A stretch of DNA of 64,000 nucleotides from Tepidisphaera sp. (GTDB taxonomy: Bacteria > Planctomycetota > Phycisphaerae > Phycisphaerales > UBA1924): assembly GCA_050916045.1 (NCBI GenBank), contig CP051526.1, positions 1,024,001 through 1,088,000 on the forward strand, read 5' to 3'. The notes beneath the pieces are model-generated. The model worked only from the letters and a program-made list of their open reading frames with translations, searched no databases and was not told the origin of the DNA. The translations under genes and the position numbers were made by a program. Below, in pieces: positions 50,399-59,551 of the stretch (positions are counted from its first letter, which is position 1; each line of letters begins with the position of its first letter).

Positions 50399-53023
50399 TC
50401 ACTTCGCGTTCAGAGCGGCGAGCCAGCCCTCGACCATCCGACGCTCTGAAGCGTCCGTGACCTTTGCCAGACGCTTGGTGAGCACCTCGACGCCTCGGGG
50501 GTTCTTGATCGTCACGAGGGCCTGACCGGCGGCGAGGCGGGCTCGCTGCTCGCGATCGTTCACGCAGGCGGCGATGGCCTCGAAAGCGGCCTCGGGGTCG
50601 AGTTCGGCGATGCGTGCCACGTGGCCGATCGCGTCGGCCCGCGTGCGGCTGAGGTTCCCGGGCTTGGTGATCTCGACGATCGCGGCGAGGCCGGGCTTGG
50701 TCTTGAGGGTGACGAGAGCCTCCATCGCGGCCCGGCGGATCTCGTCGTCCTGCGACTCGGTCTTGGCGGCGGCGAGGATGGTGTTCATATCCGCGCGGAT
50801 GGCCGCAAGCCCGCGGATGGCGGCGGCTCGCACGCGCGTGGAGGAATCGTTCTCCCACGCGTGCATCAGGAGCTTGTACGTACGTTCGCGCGTGAGCTCG
50901 GAGGCTTTGTCGGGACCGGAGTGGGCCGCGAGAGCGGAGAGGACGGCTTCGCGGGCTTGCCAGGCTCTGATCGGAGCGGTCGCGAGCGAGCCGAGCGACC
51001 CCGCATCGCCGAGAGCCCCCAGGGCGCGGGCGGCTTCGACGCGGAGGGACGCGTGGGCCGACTCGTCGGAAACGATGTCCATCAGGCGGGTGAGGTCGGC
51101 GGTGGAAGGGGACTTGGACGAGCCGAGGCCTCGAGCGCCCTGGATGCGGGCTGCCAGCGTCGGTCCTTCGCCCGCCAGGGTTTCGGAGCCGGCCGCGGGG
51201 TGGTTGCAAGCGATCTCGGCGATCACCGTGAGCTCAGGGTCGAACGCGATGGCCGAGGGGGCGCCGTGCAGGCCCATCTTGAGCGAAGCTTCGCGGCCGC
51301 GGAAGGTGAGCGTGCCCTTGACCCACTGCCTGGGCTCGACGGATTCGAGTGCCCACACCGGCAGATCGAACTCGAAAGCCGGGTTGAGCGGGTCGATCGT
51401 CTGCGTCTGCTTCCCGACAAGGGAGAGGTTCTTGGCGTCCTGATCCCACTGCGCGTCGATCGTCAGACGCGGAACGTTCGGCCGCTCAACCCACTGGGCG
51501 AAGAACTGCGAAAGGCTCTCGCCCGAAGCGTCTTCGAGAGCTCGGCGGAAATCGCCGGTGACCACGTTGGTGAGCTTGTGGCGGTCGATGTAGAGGGCGA
51601 CGCCCTTGAAGAAAGCGTCATCGCCCAAGCGGGCGCGGAGCATGGCCAGGATGCTCGCGCCCTTCCCGTAGGGGTTGGCGGAACGGCGGAAGACTTCCCA
51701 CGGGTCGCGGTAGACGCGGCTTGCCATGCCCGGGGTGTCGGGCAGGGAGCCTTTGTCGCTCCCGATCACGCCGTCGTAGAGCGAGCGGACCGCTGCGTCG
51801 TACGCCTGCCGTCCGTCGCGGTGCTCGAACCAGAGCTGCGTCATGTACGTCGCCCAGCCCTCGTTGAGCCAGATGTGCTCCCAGGTCTGGCAGGTCATGA
51901 GGTCGCCGAACCACTGGTGGGCGAGCTCGTGGCTGATCAGGCCGTCGAGATCGAAGTCATCGAGGTCGCCGCCGTTGATGATCGCGGTGTCGTACATGGT
52001 GGTGGCGGAGGTGTTCTCCATGCCGCCGGCGATGAAGTTCCACACGACGGCCTGCGCGTACTTGTCCCAGGGATACTGCTCGCCGAGACGATCGCTGAAG
52101 AACCGGATCATCGCGGGCGTGCGGCCGTAGGTGCCGCGGATGTCGTGCTCGCGGCCGAGGGGGGCGTAGACCGGGAGCGGAAGGGCGGGCGTGCCGAGGT
52201 CGACGACGTCGAACTTCCCGACGACGAGCGAGACGAGGTAGTTGACGTGCGGTTTGTCCTGCACCCAGCGCCAGCGGTTGAAGGGCGTGAGCTCGGTGTC
52301 GCCGGTCGGGTTGGCCTTCTCGACGATCGTCGGGGTTCGCTCGGCCAATCGGCCGTTGCTCACGACCTCGTAGTCGGCGGGCGCGGTGACGATCAGCTCG
52401 GTCGTAAGCCGCTCATTGGGAAAGTCGTGGCAGGGGAACCACGAGCTGTTGGTCTCGGGCTGCCCCTGCGTGTGGAGCTGTGGCGGACGGCCGGGCCACG
52501 CCGGGGACTCGGGCGTCCAGTACAGACCGCGCATCGGATCGCGGATCTCATATCGCGTCACGATGTCGGTGGGCACGTTCGGGGCAAGCGGCGGGTCGAA
52601 CGTGATCGTGAGACGCTCATTGTCGTAGGTGAACGTCGACCGTCGGCCCTCGACGGCGACGGACTCGATCTTGAGCTGGCGGGCGTCCAGACTCAGCGTC
52701 GCGATCGGGCGGTGCGGCGCGATGACGGTCAGCGTCTGCCGCGCCTGCATCACCGGCGTGTTCATGTCGTTGATCGTCAGCTCGAGCGCCATGTGCCGGT
52801 AATCGACCGTCGGGCTGCGGCCGAAATTCCGAGCGTCACGCCCCGTCGCGGGGTCGATCGGGCCCCCGGCTTCGCCGGCGAACTGAGCCGCCGCGAGCTT
52901 GCAGTGCAGGCAGGAAAGCCCGCCGTGGTCGTGCTCACGGATCTCGGCGGCGATGGCGAACGCGGGCAGAGCGACCAAGCCGGCGGCGAGGGGCAGCCGG
53001 CGGAGTCGGGTTGAAATCGGCAT
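50399..53023 (-). CDS. Secreted M1 aminopeptidase with C-terminal HEAT repeats
   Basis: GGMEN, HELAHQWFG...WLNEG, YGKG and HEAT-like repeats; start 53023/53029. Confidence 0.9.
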   Translation of the reverse strand: MPISTRLRRLPLAAGLVALPAFAIAAEIREHDHGGLSCLHCKLAAAQFAGEAGGPIDPATGRDARNFGRSPTVDYRHMALELTINDMNTPVMQARQTLTVIAPHRPIATLSLDARQLKIESVAVEGRRSTFTYDNERLTITFDPPLAPNVPTDIVTRYEIRDPMRGLYWTPESPAWPGRPPQLHTQGQPETNSSWFPCHDFPNERLTTELIVTAPADYEVVSNGRLAERTPTIVEKANPTGDTELTPFNRWRWVQDKPHVNYLVSLVVGKFDVVDLGTPALPLPVYAPLGREHDIRGTYGRTPAMIRFFSDRLGEQYPWDKYAQAVVWNFIAGGMENTSATTMYDTAIINGGDLDDFDLDGLISHELAHQWFGDLMTCQTWEHIWLNEGWATYMTQLWFEHRDGRQAYDAAVRSLYDGVIGSDKGSLPDTPGMASRVYRDPWEVFRRSANPYGKGASILAMLRARLGDDAFFKGVALYIDRHKLTNVVTGDFRRALEDASGESLSQFFAQWVERPNVPRLTIDAQWDQDAKNLSLVGKQTQTIDPLNPAFEFDLPVWALESVEPRQWVKGTLTFRGREASLKMGLHGAPSAIAFDPELTVIAEIACNHPAAGSETLAGEGPTLAARIQGARGLGSSKSPSTADLTRLMDIVSDESAHASLRVEAARALGALGDAGSLGSLATAPIRAWQAREAVLSALAAHSGPDKASELTRERTYKLLMHAWENDSSTRVRAAAIRGLAAIRADMNTILAAAKTESQDDEIRRAAMEALVTLKTKPGLAAIVEITKPGNLSRTRADAIGHVARIAELDPEAAFEAIAACVNDREQRARLAAGQALVTIKNPRGVEVLTKRLAKVTDASERRMVEGWLAALNAK

Positions 53024-53076
53024 GATCATTTCCTTCATGGGCGGGCGCACGGCCACGGGCCTCATCGCGGGCTTGC

Positions 53077-54981
53077 TCACTTGGTCTCTTCCTTCTTCGC
53101 GTCCGCGCTCTGGCCGGACTTGTCCTCGGCCGGGTCGTCGATGTTCTTGGTGACGCGGTAGACCGCGAGGTTGGTGATGCGCGGGTCGAAGATGACTTCG
53201 GAGGGCTTGCCGCGGAGCGTGAAGACGGCTTTGGACGACTTCGCGTCCATCGTCATCTGCTGCATGACAGGCTCGCCCTGTTCAAACGAGATCCGCACGG
53301 GGATGTCGAGCACGTACGCGGGGTTGTCGGCGTTGACGACCTGCGTCTGATCCGCTTCCACCGTCAACTGGTTGGTCGCCGAGTCGAAGGAGAGCTTGAT
53401 CTCAAGCCTCGGGAAGCCCGGCCGGCGGGTCCACTGCTCGAAGAACTGGTCCAGCGACAGGCCCGACTCGGTCTCCAGAGCCTTCTGGAACTGGTCGGTC
53501 TCGACCAGGCCGTTGTCGCGGTTCTCCGCGAGGTAGTTGCGCGTGGCTTTGTAGAACGCCTGCTTGCCAAGGCGCTCGCGGAGCATGTGAAGCACGACGG
53601 CGCCTTTGCTGTAGGGGTTGTCGGGCTTGGAGAACGGGACATCAGGATTGCGGTAGCGGTTGCTCACCATCGGGATGCCGCGCGGCAGCGAAGCCCGGTT
53701 CGAGCCGCGCTGCGCCGAGACGAACCCTGCGATCGTCTTGAGGTACGCTTCATCGTCGGGTGCGCCGATCCCGTTCTTGTATTCGTTCCAGAGTGCTTCG
53801 CCATACGAAGCCCACCCCTCGTTCAGCCAGATGTGCTCCCAGCTGCGGCAGGTGACCAGGTCGCCGAACCACTGGTGGACGAGTTCGTGCGCGACCAGAT
53901 CATCCGCGTCGCGGCCTCCGAGGAAGAAGTTGCTTCCCATGATCGTCATGGAGGTGTTTTCCATGCCGCCGGGGAACCCGCGCACCAGCACCTGCTTGTA
54001 GTTGTCCCACGGGTACGGCGTCTCGAAGAGGTCTTCAAAGACCTTGATCATCGCGGCGGTGTTGCCGAGGGCTTTCGCGCATTCATCCTCCTTGCCGATC
54101 GGCACGTACGCCGTGATGCCCAAGCGGAATCGCGGGTCGCGCGGCCAGGACATGTCCGGGTCGTTCTGCGGCCGCTCGGGGTCGATGTTGATGATTGAAT
54201 ACTTGCCGACGACGAGCGCGACGAGGTAGTAGGGGTGGTGCTTGTCTTGAAGCCAGTGGAACGTCGTGGACTTGCCCTTGGTCGTCTTGGAGAGGATGCG
54301 TCCGTTGGCGACGGCTTCGTACCCGCGGGGCACCGTCGCGATGATCTCGGTCGTGACGCGCTCGTTGGGGAAGTCGTGGCAGGGGAACCAGCGGTGGTTG
54401 TCCTCGGCCTGGCCCTGCGAGTACGCGACGGGGAACTCGTCGGTGCCGTTGGTCGGGTTCTCACGCGGCTTGACCCACGTCAGCCCGGCGTTGCGGTTCT
54501 TGGAGTAGTCGCACTTGTACGTTGTCTTGATGACGATGGTCTTGTCGAGAGCGACCGGCTCGGGGAGCGCGATCGTCAGAACCCGGTCCTTGTGCTCGAA
54601 CCGAAGCTCGGTGTCGGGGAGCGGCTTGCCGTCCTTGCGGCGGGGGTCCTTGGGGTCCGTCGGGATCACGACCTTCTGGATCGTGATGTCCGGCCCGCAG
54701 TTCAGCACCACCTCCGACCGCTGCCGGCCCCGCGGCGAAAGCGTCAGCGTCTGCACCGCCGTGAACTCGGGGGAGGTGAACGCCCCGAAGTCAAGCTCAA
54801 GCAGCATGTGCCGGTGGTCCCACGGCGTGGGCGGGGGCCAGTTGGCGATCTGGGCGCCCGTCTTGGCGTCGATCCGCGGATCCGCGGGGGTTTCCTGGTC
54901 CTGGGCACGGGCGGAGACCGCGGTCGCGGTGATCAGGAGTGCGGCCAGAATCCATCGGCACGCGAGCGATCGGATCATCAT
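53077..54981 (-). CDS. Secreted M1 aminopeptidase (no HEAT tail)
   Basis: GGMEN, HELVHQWFG...WLNEG and YSKG; GGAG RBS. Confidence 0.9.
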   Translation of the reverse strand: MMIRSLACRWILAALLITATAVSARAQDQETPADPRIDAKTGAQIANWPPPTPWDHRHMLLELDFGAFTSPEFTAVQTLTLSPRGRQRSEVVLNCGPDITIQKVVIPTDPKDPRRKDGKPLPDTELRFEHKDRVLTIALPEPVALDKTIVIKTTYKCDYSKNRNAGLTWVKPRENPTNGTDEFPVAYSQGQAEDNHRWFPCHDFPNERVTTEIIATVPRGYEAVANGRILSKTTKGKSTTFHWLQDKHHPYYLVALVVGKYSIINIDPERPQNDPDMSWPRDPRFRLGITAYVPIGKEDECAKALGNTAAMIKVFEDLFETPYPWDNYKQVLVRGFPGGMENTSMTIMGSNFFLGGRDADDLVAHELVHQWFGDLVTCRSWEHIWLNEGWASYGEALWNEYKNGIGAPDDEAYLKTIAGFVSAQRGSNRASLPRGIPMVSNRYRNPDVPFSKPDNPYSKGAVVLHMLRERLGKQAFYKATRNYLAENRDNGLVETDQFQKALETESGLSLDQFFEQWTRRPGFPRLEIKLSFDSATNQLTVEADQTQVVNADNPAYVLDIPVRISFEQGEPVMQQMTMDAKSSKAVFTLRGKPSEVIFDPRITNLAVYRVTKNIDDPAEDKSGQSADAKKEETK

Positions 54982-55146
54982 GAAGGCTCCTTGGGTTCCG
55001 GGGACCGGAACCGGTGCGGACAGCGTAGCGTCCGCGAACCAAACATGGTCGGCGTTTGGGGAGGTCCTCGCTTCAGAATTCGGTTCCCACGCGGGTTCCA
55101 AAGCCCGCCGGGCCGACGAACCGCCTTCTGCCGGGTACACTCATCC

Positions 55147-57270
55147 ATGCCCACCCAGCCGACTTTGCCCGATCAGCGACGTTGGCCCCATGCGCCCGAA
55201 GCGTTCACGGAAGCCGCGCCCGAGCATCCTGCTCCCAGCCTGCCCACCTCGGCCTCTGCCGACCCGACCGCTTCCCGATCGAAGCCGGCTTCGGTCCGCT
55301 CCCGCATCTCCGGCCTCCGCGTCCCGGATGTCTACCTCTCCGCCGGGGAGATCATCGAAGGGTCAAGCCGCGACGACGACCACGATGAACGCAACGTCGA
55401 GTCCGGATCGCTTCTCGCGTCCGTGGGCGGCTCTTCCGCCGAGAACGAGTTCTACTCCCCCGTCCCCGAGGGGTATCGCCGCGGGCAGCACAAGTACGTC
55501 GTCGTCTTCGGCACCGTCATGTCCGGCCTGGGCAAGGGGATCTTCGCGAGCAGTCTCGCCAAGATGCTCAAGGACAAGGGCCTCTCGGTCGCTCCGATCA
55601 AGATGGAGGGGTACCTCAACTTCGACTCGGGCACGCTCAACCCCTTCCGCCACGGCGAGGTCTTCGTCCTGGATGACGGCACCGAGTGCGACATGGATCT
55701 TGGCACCTACGAGCGTCTCCTCGAGCAGAACCTCACCAAGAAGAACTTCACCACCTCCGGCCGCATCTACACCGAGATCATGGACCGCGAGCGCCGCGGC
55801 GGATACCTCGGCCGCGACGTCCAGATGATCCCGCACGTCACCGGCGAGGTGAAGAAGAAGCTCCGCGAGCTCGCCGTCCAAGGTGACGGCAACCGCCCCG
55901 CCGACGTCGTCTTCGTCGAGGTCGGCGGCACCGTCGGCGACTACGAGAACGCGTTCTACATCGAAGCCATGCGCGAGCTGGCGTTCGAAGAGGGCCCCGG
56001 CTCGGTCTGCTTTGTCGCATTGACCTACGTCATCGAGCCCCCGGCCCTGGGCGAGCAGAAGTCCAAGCCCGCCCAGCTCGGCATCCAGCGCCTCATGCAG
56101 GCCGGCATCCAGCCGCACATCATCGCCTGCCGCGCGAGCAAGCCCTGCCAGCCCAAGGTCATGCAGAAGATCGCGATGTTCAGCAACGTCCCGATGCGCC
56201 GCGTCTTCTCCATGCACGACCGCGAGTCCATCTACACGATCCCGGAAGAGATGCGCCGCGAGGGCCTCGACCGCGAGATCATGTCCATGCTCGGCCTCCA
56301 CGACCGCGTCAACGTCCAGCACGAGGACAAAGCCCGCGCCAAGTGGAACGCCTTCGCCTCCCGCCTCACCGCGCCCAAGCGGCACCAGATCACCCTCGGC
56401 ATCGCCGGCAAGTACGCCAACCTCCGCGACGCCTACGCCTCGATCGACAAAGCCGTCGAGCACTGCTCCGCCCACCTCTCCTGCAAGATCGACCTCAACT
56501 GGCTCGACACCACCGACCTCACCGACCGCAACGTCGCCGAGAGCCTCGGCGATGTCGACGGCGTGATCGTCCCCGGCGGCTTCGGCACGCGGGGCGTTGA
56601 GGGCAAGATCTCCGTCGTCAAGCACTGCCGCGTGAACCGCGTCCCGTACCTTGGCATCTGCCTTGGCTTCCAGGTCGCGGTGATCGAGTTCGCCCGCAAC
56701 GTCCTTGGCCTCCGCGGGGCTTCGTCGACGGAGTTCGTCCCCGAGACGCAGTACCCGGTCATCAGCGAGCTCCCCGAGCAGAAGCGGGTCGAGGGCCTGG
56801 GCGGCACGATGCGCCTCGGCGCTCAGGATGTCCTCATCACGCCCGGCTCGCTCGCCCACTTCCTCTATGGCAGCAAGCCCGGCCTGAACCCGACGATCCG
56901 CGAGCGCTTCCGCCACCGCTACGAGGTCGACCCCGAGTATCTCGGCCGCCTCGAAGAAGCGGGCATGGTCTTCTCCGGTCGCCACCCGACGCGCCCGATC
57001 ATGCAGATGCTCGAGCTTCGCCAGCCGCGTGCTTCGGGCCAGAGCCTGACGTCGGCCGCCGGCGCGACCAACCCCAAGGAAGCAACCGAGCACCCGTTCT
57101 TCATCGGCGGCCAGTTCCACCCGGAACTGACGAGCCGCCCGCTCGCGCCCCAGCCGATGTTCATGGGCCTGATCGCCGCCGCCATCGCCCGCCGCGCGGG
57201 CGACGTCTCTTCCGACCCGGATGTCAGCCGCTGGATCCGGAAGCCCGCCCGCCAGCCGCAGTCGGTGTAA
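55147..57270 (+). CDS. pyrG: CTP synthase with long N-terminal extension
   Basis: SGLGKG, HGEVFVLDDG.ECDMDLG.YER, VPGGFG, GICLG, RHRYEV and QFHPE. Confidence 0.95.
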   Translation: MPTQPTLPDQRRWPHAPEAFTEAAPEHPAPSLPTSASADPTASRSKPASVRSRISGLRVPDVYLSAGEIIEGSSRDDDHDERNVESGSLLASVGGSSAENEFYSPVPEGYRRGQHKYVVVFGTVMSGLGKGIFASSLAKMLKDKGLSVAPIKMEGYLNFDSGTLNPFRHGEVFVLDDGTECDMDLGTYERLLEQNLTKKNFTTSGRIYTEIMDRERRGGYLGRDVQMIPHVTGEVKKKLRELAVQGDGNRPADVVFVEVGGTVGDYENAFYIEAMRELAFEEGPGSVCFVALTYVIEPPALGEQKSKPAQLGIQRLMQAGIQPHIIACRASKPCQPKVMQKIAMFSNVPMRRVFSMHDRESIYTIPEEMRREGLDREIMSMLGLHDRVNVQHEDKARAKWNAFASRLTAPKRHQITLGIAGKYANLRDAYASIDKAVEHCSAHLSCKIDLNWLDTTDLTDRNVAESLGDVDGVIVPGGFGTRGVEGKISVVKHCRVNRVPYLGICLGFQVAVIEFARNVLGLRGASSTEFVPETQYPVISELPEQKRVEGLGGTMRLGAQDVLITPGSLAHFLYGSKPGLNPTIRERFRHRYEVDPEYLGRLEEAGMVFSGRHPTRPIMQMLELRQPRASGQSLTSAAGATNPKEATEHPFFIGGQFHPELTSRPLAPQPMFMGLIAAAIARRAGDVSSDPDVSRWIRKPARQPQSV

Positions 57271-57379
57271 GGCCCAACGAGCCCGCAGCGCCAGCAAGGG
57301 TTCCGCTCCCTGACACCGCGTGCGCCGAACTCCCGCACCCGCTCCGAGCGACAGCCCCGATTCAACAACGGAGCCGCCC

Positions 57380-57994
57380 ATGCACGCCATCGCCCGAACG
57401 CCGCTCCTGCTCACGACCGTCGCCGCGAGCGTCGCCGCGATCGGCGGCCTCCCGGGGTGCTGGAAGCAGCCGCCCATCCCCGCCACCTTCGCGGTCAACT
57501 CGTTCACGTTCGTCGCATCCGCCCCGACCGCGAGCGATGGCAAGCCCAGACCCGGCGTCTGGATCGACGCCAACACCACGCTCGACATGTCCGGCGGGAC
57601 CCTGACCAGCAGCCTCCCCTGCGCGGTGAAGCTCGACTACACGGACAGCACCTCCACCTTCGAAGCCGCCGAGATCACCTCCGTGAGCATCACCTACGAC
57701 GACGGCGTCATCGAGCCGTCCCTCGCCACGCTGCAGCTGCCCCTGCGGATCAACGGGCGGGACTACGAATCGGTGAACAGCATGGCCGGCGGCCGCATCG
57801 TCCGGAGCGTGAACCGCATCGTCTCCGGCGAGGTCCCCGGCATCGTGACCCGCGCGGAACCGTTCACGCTCATCCTCTCGGGTTCCTTCATCACCACCGA
57901 CGGCCGCCGCATCGAGTTCACCATCGACCAGCACTTCGCCGTCCAGACGGAAAACGCCGTCAAGAACGCCGCCGACGTGCTACAGGACAAGTAG
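57380..57994 (+). CDS. Hypothetical lipoprotein
   Basis: GGAG RBS, lipobox LPGC, GC3-rich codon usage. Confidence 0.72.
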   Translation: MHAIARTPLLLTTVAASVAAIGGLPGCWKQPPIPATFAVNSFTFVASAPTASDGKPRPGVWIDANTTLDMSGGTLTSSLPCAVKLDYTDSTSTFEAAEITSVSITYDDGVIEPSLATLQLPLRINGRDYESVNSMAGGRIVRSVNRIVSGEVPGIVTRAEPFTLILSGSFITTDGRRIEFTIDQHFAVQTENAVKNAADVLQDK

Positions 57995-58033
57995 CTCCCA
58001 CCCCCATCCCCCCTAAAGACCAAAGCCCATGTG

Positions 58034-58144
58034 CCACGATCATCCGGTCCTCCGGATGGTCGTGGAGGGACGCCCGCAGGCAATTGGGTGCCCCTGCCAG
58101 ACCCGACGCTCATCCACGACCATTCCGAAGCGGGATGATCGTGA
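58034..58144. repeat. Double-hairpin (REP/BIME-like) element, copy 1
   Basis: CCACGATCATCCGG-tcct-CCGGATGGTCGTGG, spacer, CCACGACCATTCCG-aag-CGGGATGATCGTGA. Confidence 0.8.
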
Positions 58145-58152
58145 CACCCAGC

Positions 58153-58536
58153 CTATTGGCCGTCAAGCGCTCGGCGAGCGTCTTGAGCAAGCCGGTCCGT
58201 CGGGTCCTGAGATCTCCGCAGATTCTCGATGGCTCGATCCAGCACTCGATCAGCCCAGTCGGGTGCCTGCTGAATCAGGTCCCATTCCGCGTCCTCCGAC
58301 AACTCCACCATGATCGCTATCGCTCGAAACGGAAACTCCAATTGACTGTCAGAAAGTCCCGTCCGCGACCGAAGCCTCATTCGGAGAATCCGAAGAACCA
58401 GCTTCTTAGTCGGGCTTAGGGTCAATCCCGCAGTTGACCTGTCCCAACTCTGACGAACGTCGGAGTTGGCCTTTGTGACGCGAATCACGATCGCAAGCAA
58501 GAGTGTCGCTCCGACGCCAGACAGAAATAGCCACAT
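58153..58536 (-). CDS. Orphan membrane-anchored protein, probably leaderless
   Basis: Perfect TATAAT 6 nt before ATG 58536; N-terminal TM helix; lower GC than neighbouring genes. Confidence 0.6.
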   Translation of the reverse strand: MWLFLSGVGATLLLAIVIRVTKANSDVRQSWDRSTAGLTLSPTKKLVLRILRMRLRSRTGLSDSQLEFPFRAIAIMVELSEDAEWDLIQQAPDWADRVLDRAIENLRRSQDPTDRLAQDARRALDGQ

Positions 58537-58636
58537 CGTCAGATTATACTCGTACCGGGCTATCGCGGAAGTCATTCGATCAGGGGTTTCACGCGGATTG
58601 TCTGTGGCTCGCGAATCCTGCCACCCTCGCTGGCTA

Positions 58637-58734
58637 CTACGACCATCCGGTACCCCGGACGGTCGTGGAGGCAGTGTGAGCCCTGCCCACGTCCGACACT
58701 CATTCACGATCATCCGGAAGCGGGATGATCGTTG
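58637..58734. repeat. Double-hairpin (REP/BIME-like) element, copy 2
   Basis: CTACGACCATCCGG-tacc-CCGGACGGTCGTGG, spacer sharing CCCTGCC..CCGACRCTCAT with copy 1, TCACGATCATCCGG-aag-CGGGATGATCGT. Confidence 0.8.
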
Positions 58735-58758
58735 TACGCGGCACCCGGCATAACAACT

Positions 58759-59019
58759 TCACGCAAAAAGCGCTTGGCACTCGTCGCGATGCTCCTGCGG
58801 CACGGAGAGTTGTCCAAACTGAATTCCGTCGTGGACTAGTTGCGGGGATCCACTCTGATTGTCGTAGAGCGGCGGTACCTGATGCTTCCAGAAGAGTCGG
58901 CTTGTAGATCTTTCGAATGAAAAACTGTGATGATGCAGGCTTGGTCCGCACTCGAGCGCGTTGACGATCCACATGTACAATTGATCGGAAATACCGTCGG
59001 CCGGGTGATACTGGATCAT
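58759..59019 (-). CDS. Orphan 86-aa protein, probably leaderless
   Basis: TATCCT 5 nt before ATG 59019; ORF fits between repeat copies; lower GC. Confidence 0.45.
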   Translation of the reverse strand: MIQYHPADGISDQLYMWIVNALECGPSLHHHSFSFERSTSRLFWKHQVPPLYDNQSGSPQLVHDGIQFGQLSVPQEHRDECQALFA

Positions 59020-59065
59020 TCACGAGGATAGGGAGGATTGCACCGCCGGGAAGGGACTGGCATAC

Positions 59066-59096
59066 CACCGATCGCCGGTTCCTCCGGCGATTGGTG
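59066..59096. repeat. Degenerate single hairpin related to the double-hairpin element
   Basis: CACCGATCGCCGG-ttcct-CCGGCGATTGGTG; shares CCGG-TCCT-CCGG with copy 1. Confidence 0.5.
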
Positions 59097-59153
59097 CCGA
59101 TCAGCGTTGGGCTTGCCCTCGTGCAGTGGCGATCTGGACCTTAGGTGTGACTT

Positions 59154-59342
59154 CTGAGGGGTTGAACGGTCGTTGTGAAGGGCTTTACGGTCATTGTGAA
59201 GGGTTTCACGCTCGTCGTGAAGGGCTTCACGGTCGTCGTGAAAGGCTTCACGGTCTTCGTGAAGGGGTTCAACATGCCCGTGAAGGGGTTCACGGGGGGC
59301 GTTGAACCCTTCACGCGGGCCATGAAGGGGTGAACGGTTCGT
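59154..59342. repeat. 21-nt tandem array (about 9 units) with palindromic core GTGAAG-GG-CTTCAC
   Basis: Units such as GTGAAGGGCTTCACGGTCGTC starting at 59175, 59196, 59217, 59238, 59259 and 59280. Confidence 0.9.
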
Positions 59343-59356
59343 GGAAAGGGAGCTCT

Positions 59357-59376
59357 TTGGCACGAAAGTGTGCCAA
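59357..59376. promoter_or_regulatory. Operator-like dyad TTGGCAC-N6-GTGCCAA
   Basis: Perfect 7-bp inverted repeat; near-copy at 33130-33148. Confidence 0.55.
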
Positions 59377-59551
59377 TTTGTTGCCTTGGTGGCGGCGAGC
59401 GAGCAATGGGGGAAAAAATGTTCTGGTATGGATGATAGTTTTGGGCAAAAACATATCAAGTGATGTCGAACGCGGGTCGATGCTCGACGCATCGTGCCGG
59501 GGCACGGCGGCTCGCGTGAGCCGCACGCGACGCCCGGCCACATCACGAGGA

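Noticed and set aside
54235..55146. 1011-aa PyrG ORF extension
   Set aside because: It overlaps the minus-strand M1 peptidase; the start at 55147 has a -10 box
58034..58734. Canonical integron attC sites
   Set aside because: No consistent RYYYAAC...GTTRRRY ends, the structure is a double hairpin, and no intI is in the window
59154..59342. CRISPR array
   Set aside because: Units are contiguous 21-mers with only about 7 variable nt, there are no 25-40 nt unique spacers, and no cas genes are in the window
59357..59376. Sigma-54 promoter (also at 33130-33146)
   Set aside because: TGGCAC is present but the GG-to-GC spacing is one base too long for -24/-12; better read as a dyad operator
59016..59546. 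176-aa minus ORF as a confident gene
   Set aside because: It crosses the dyad and AT-rich promoter-like region, and only the repeat part looks protein-like; kept only as one possible reading of the array
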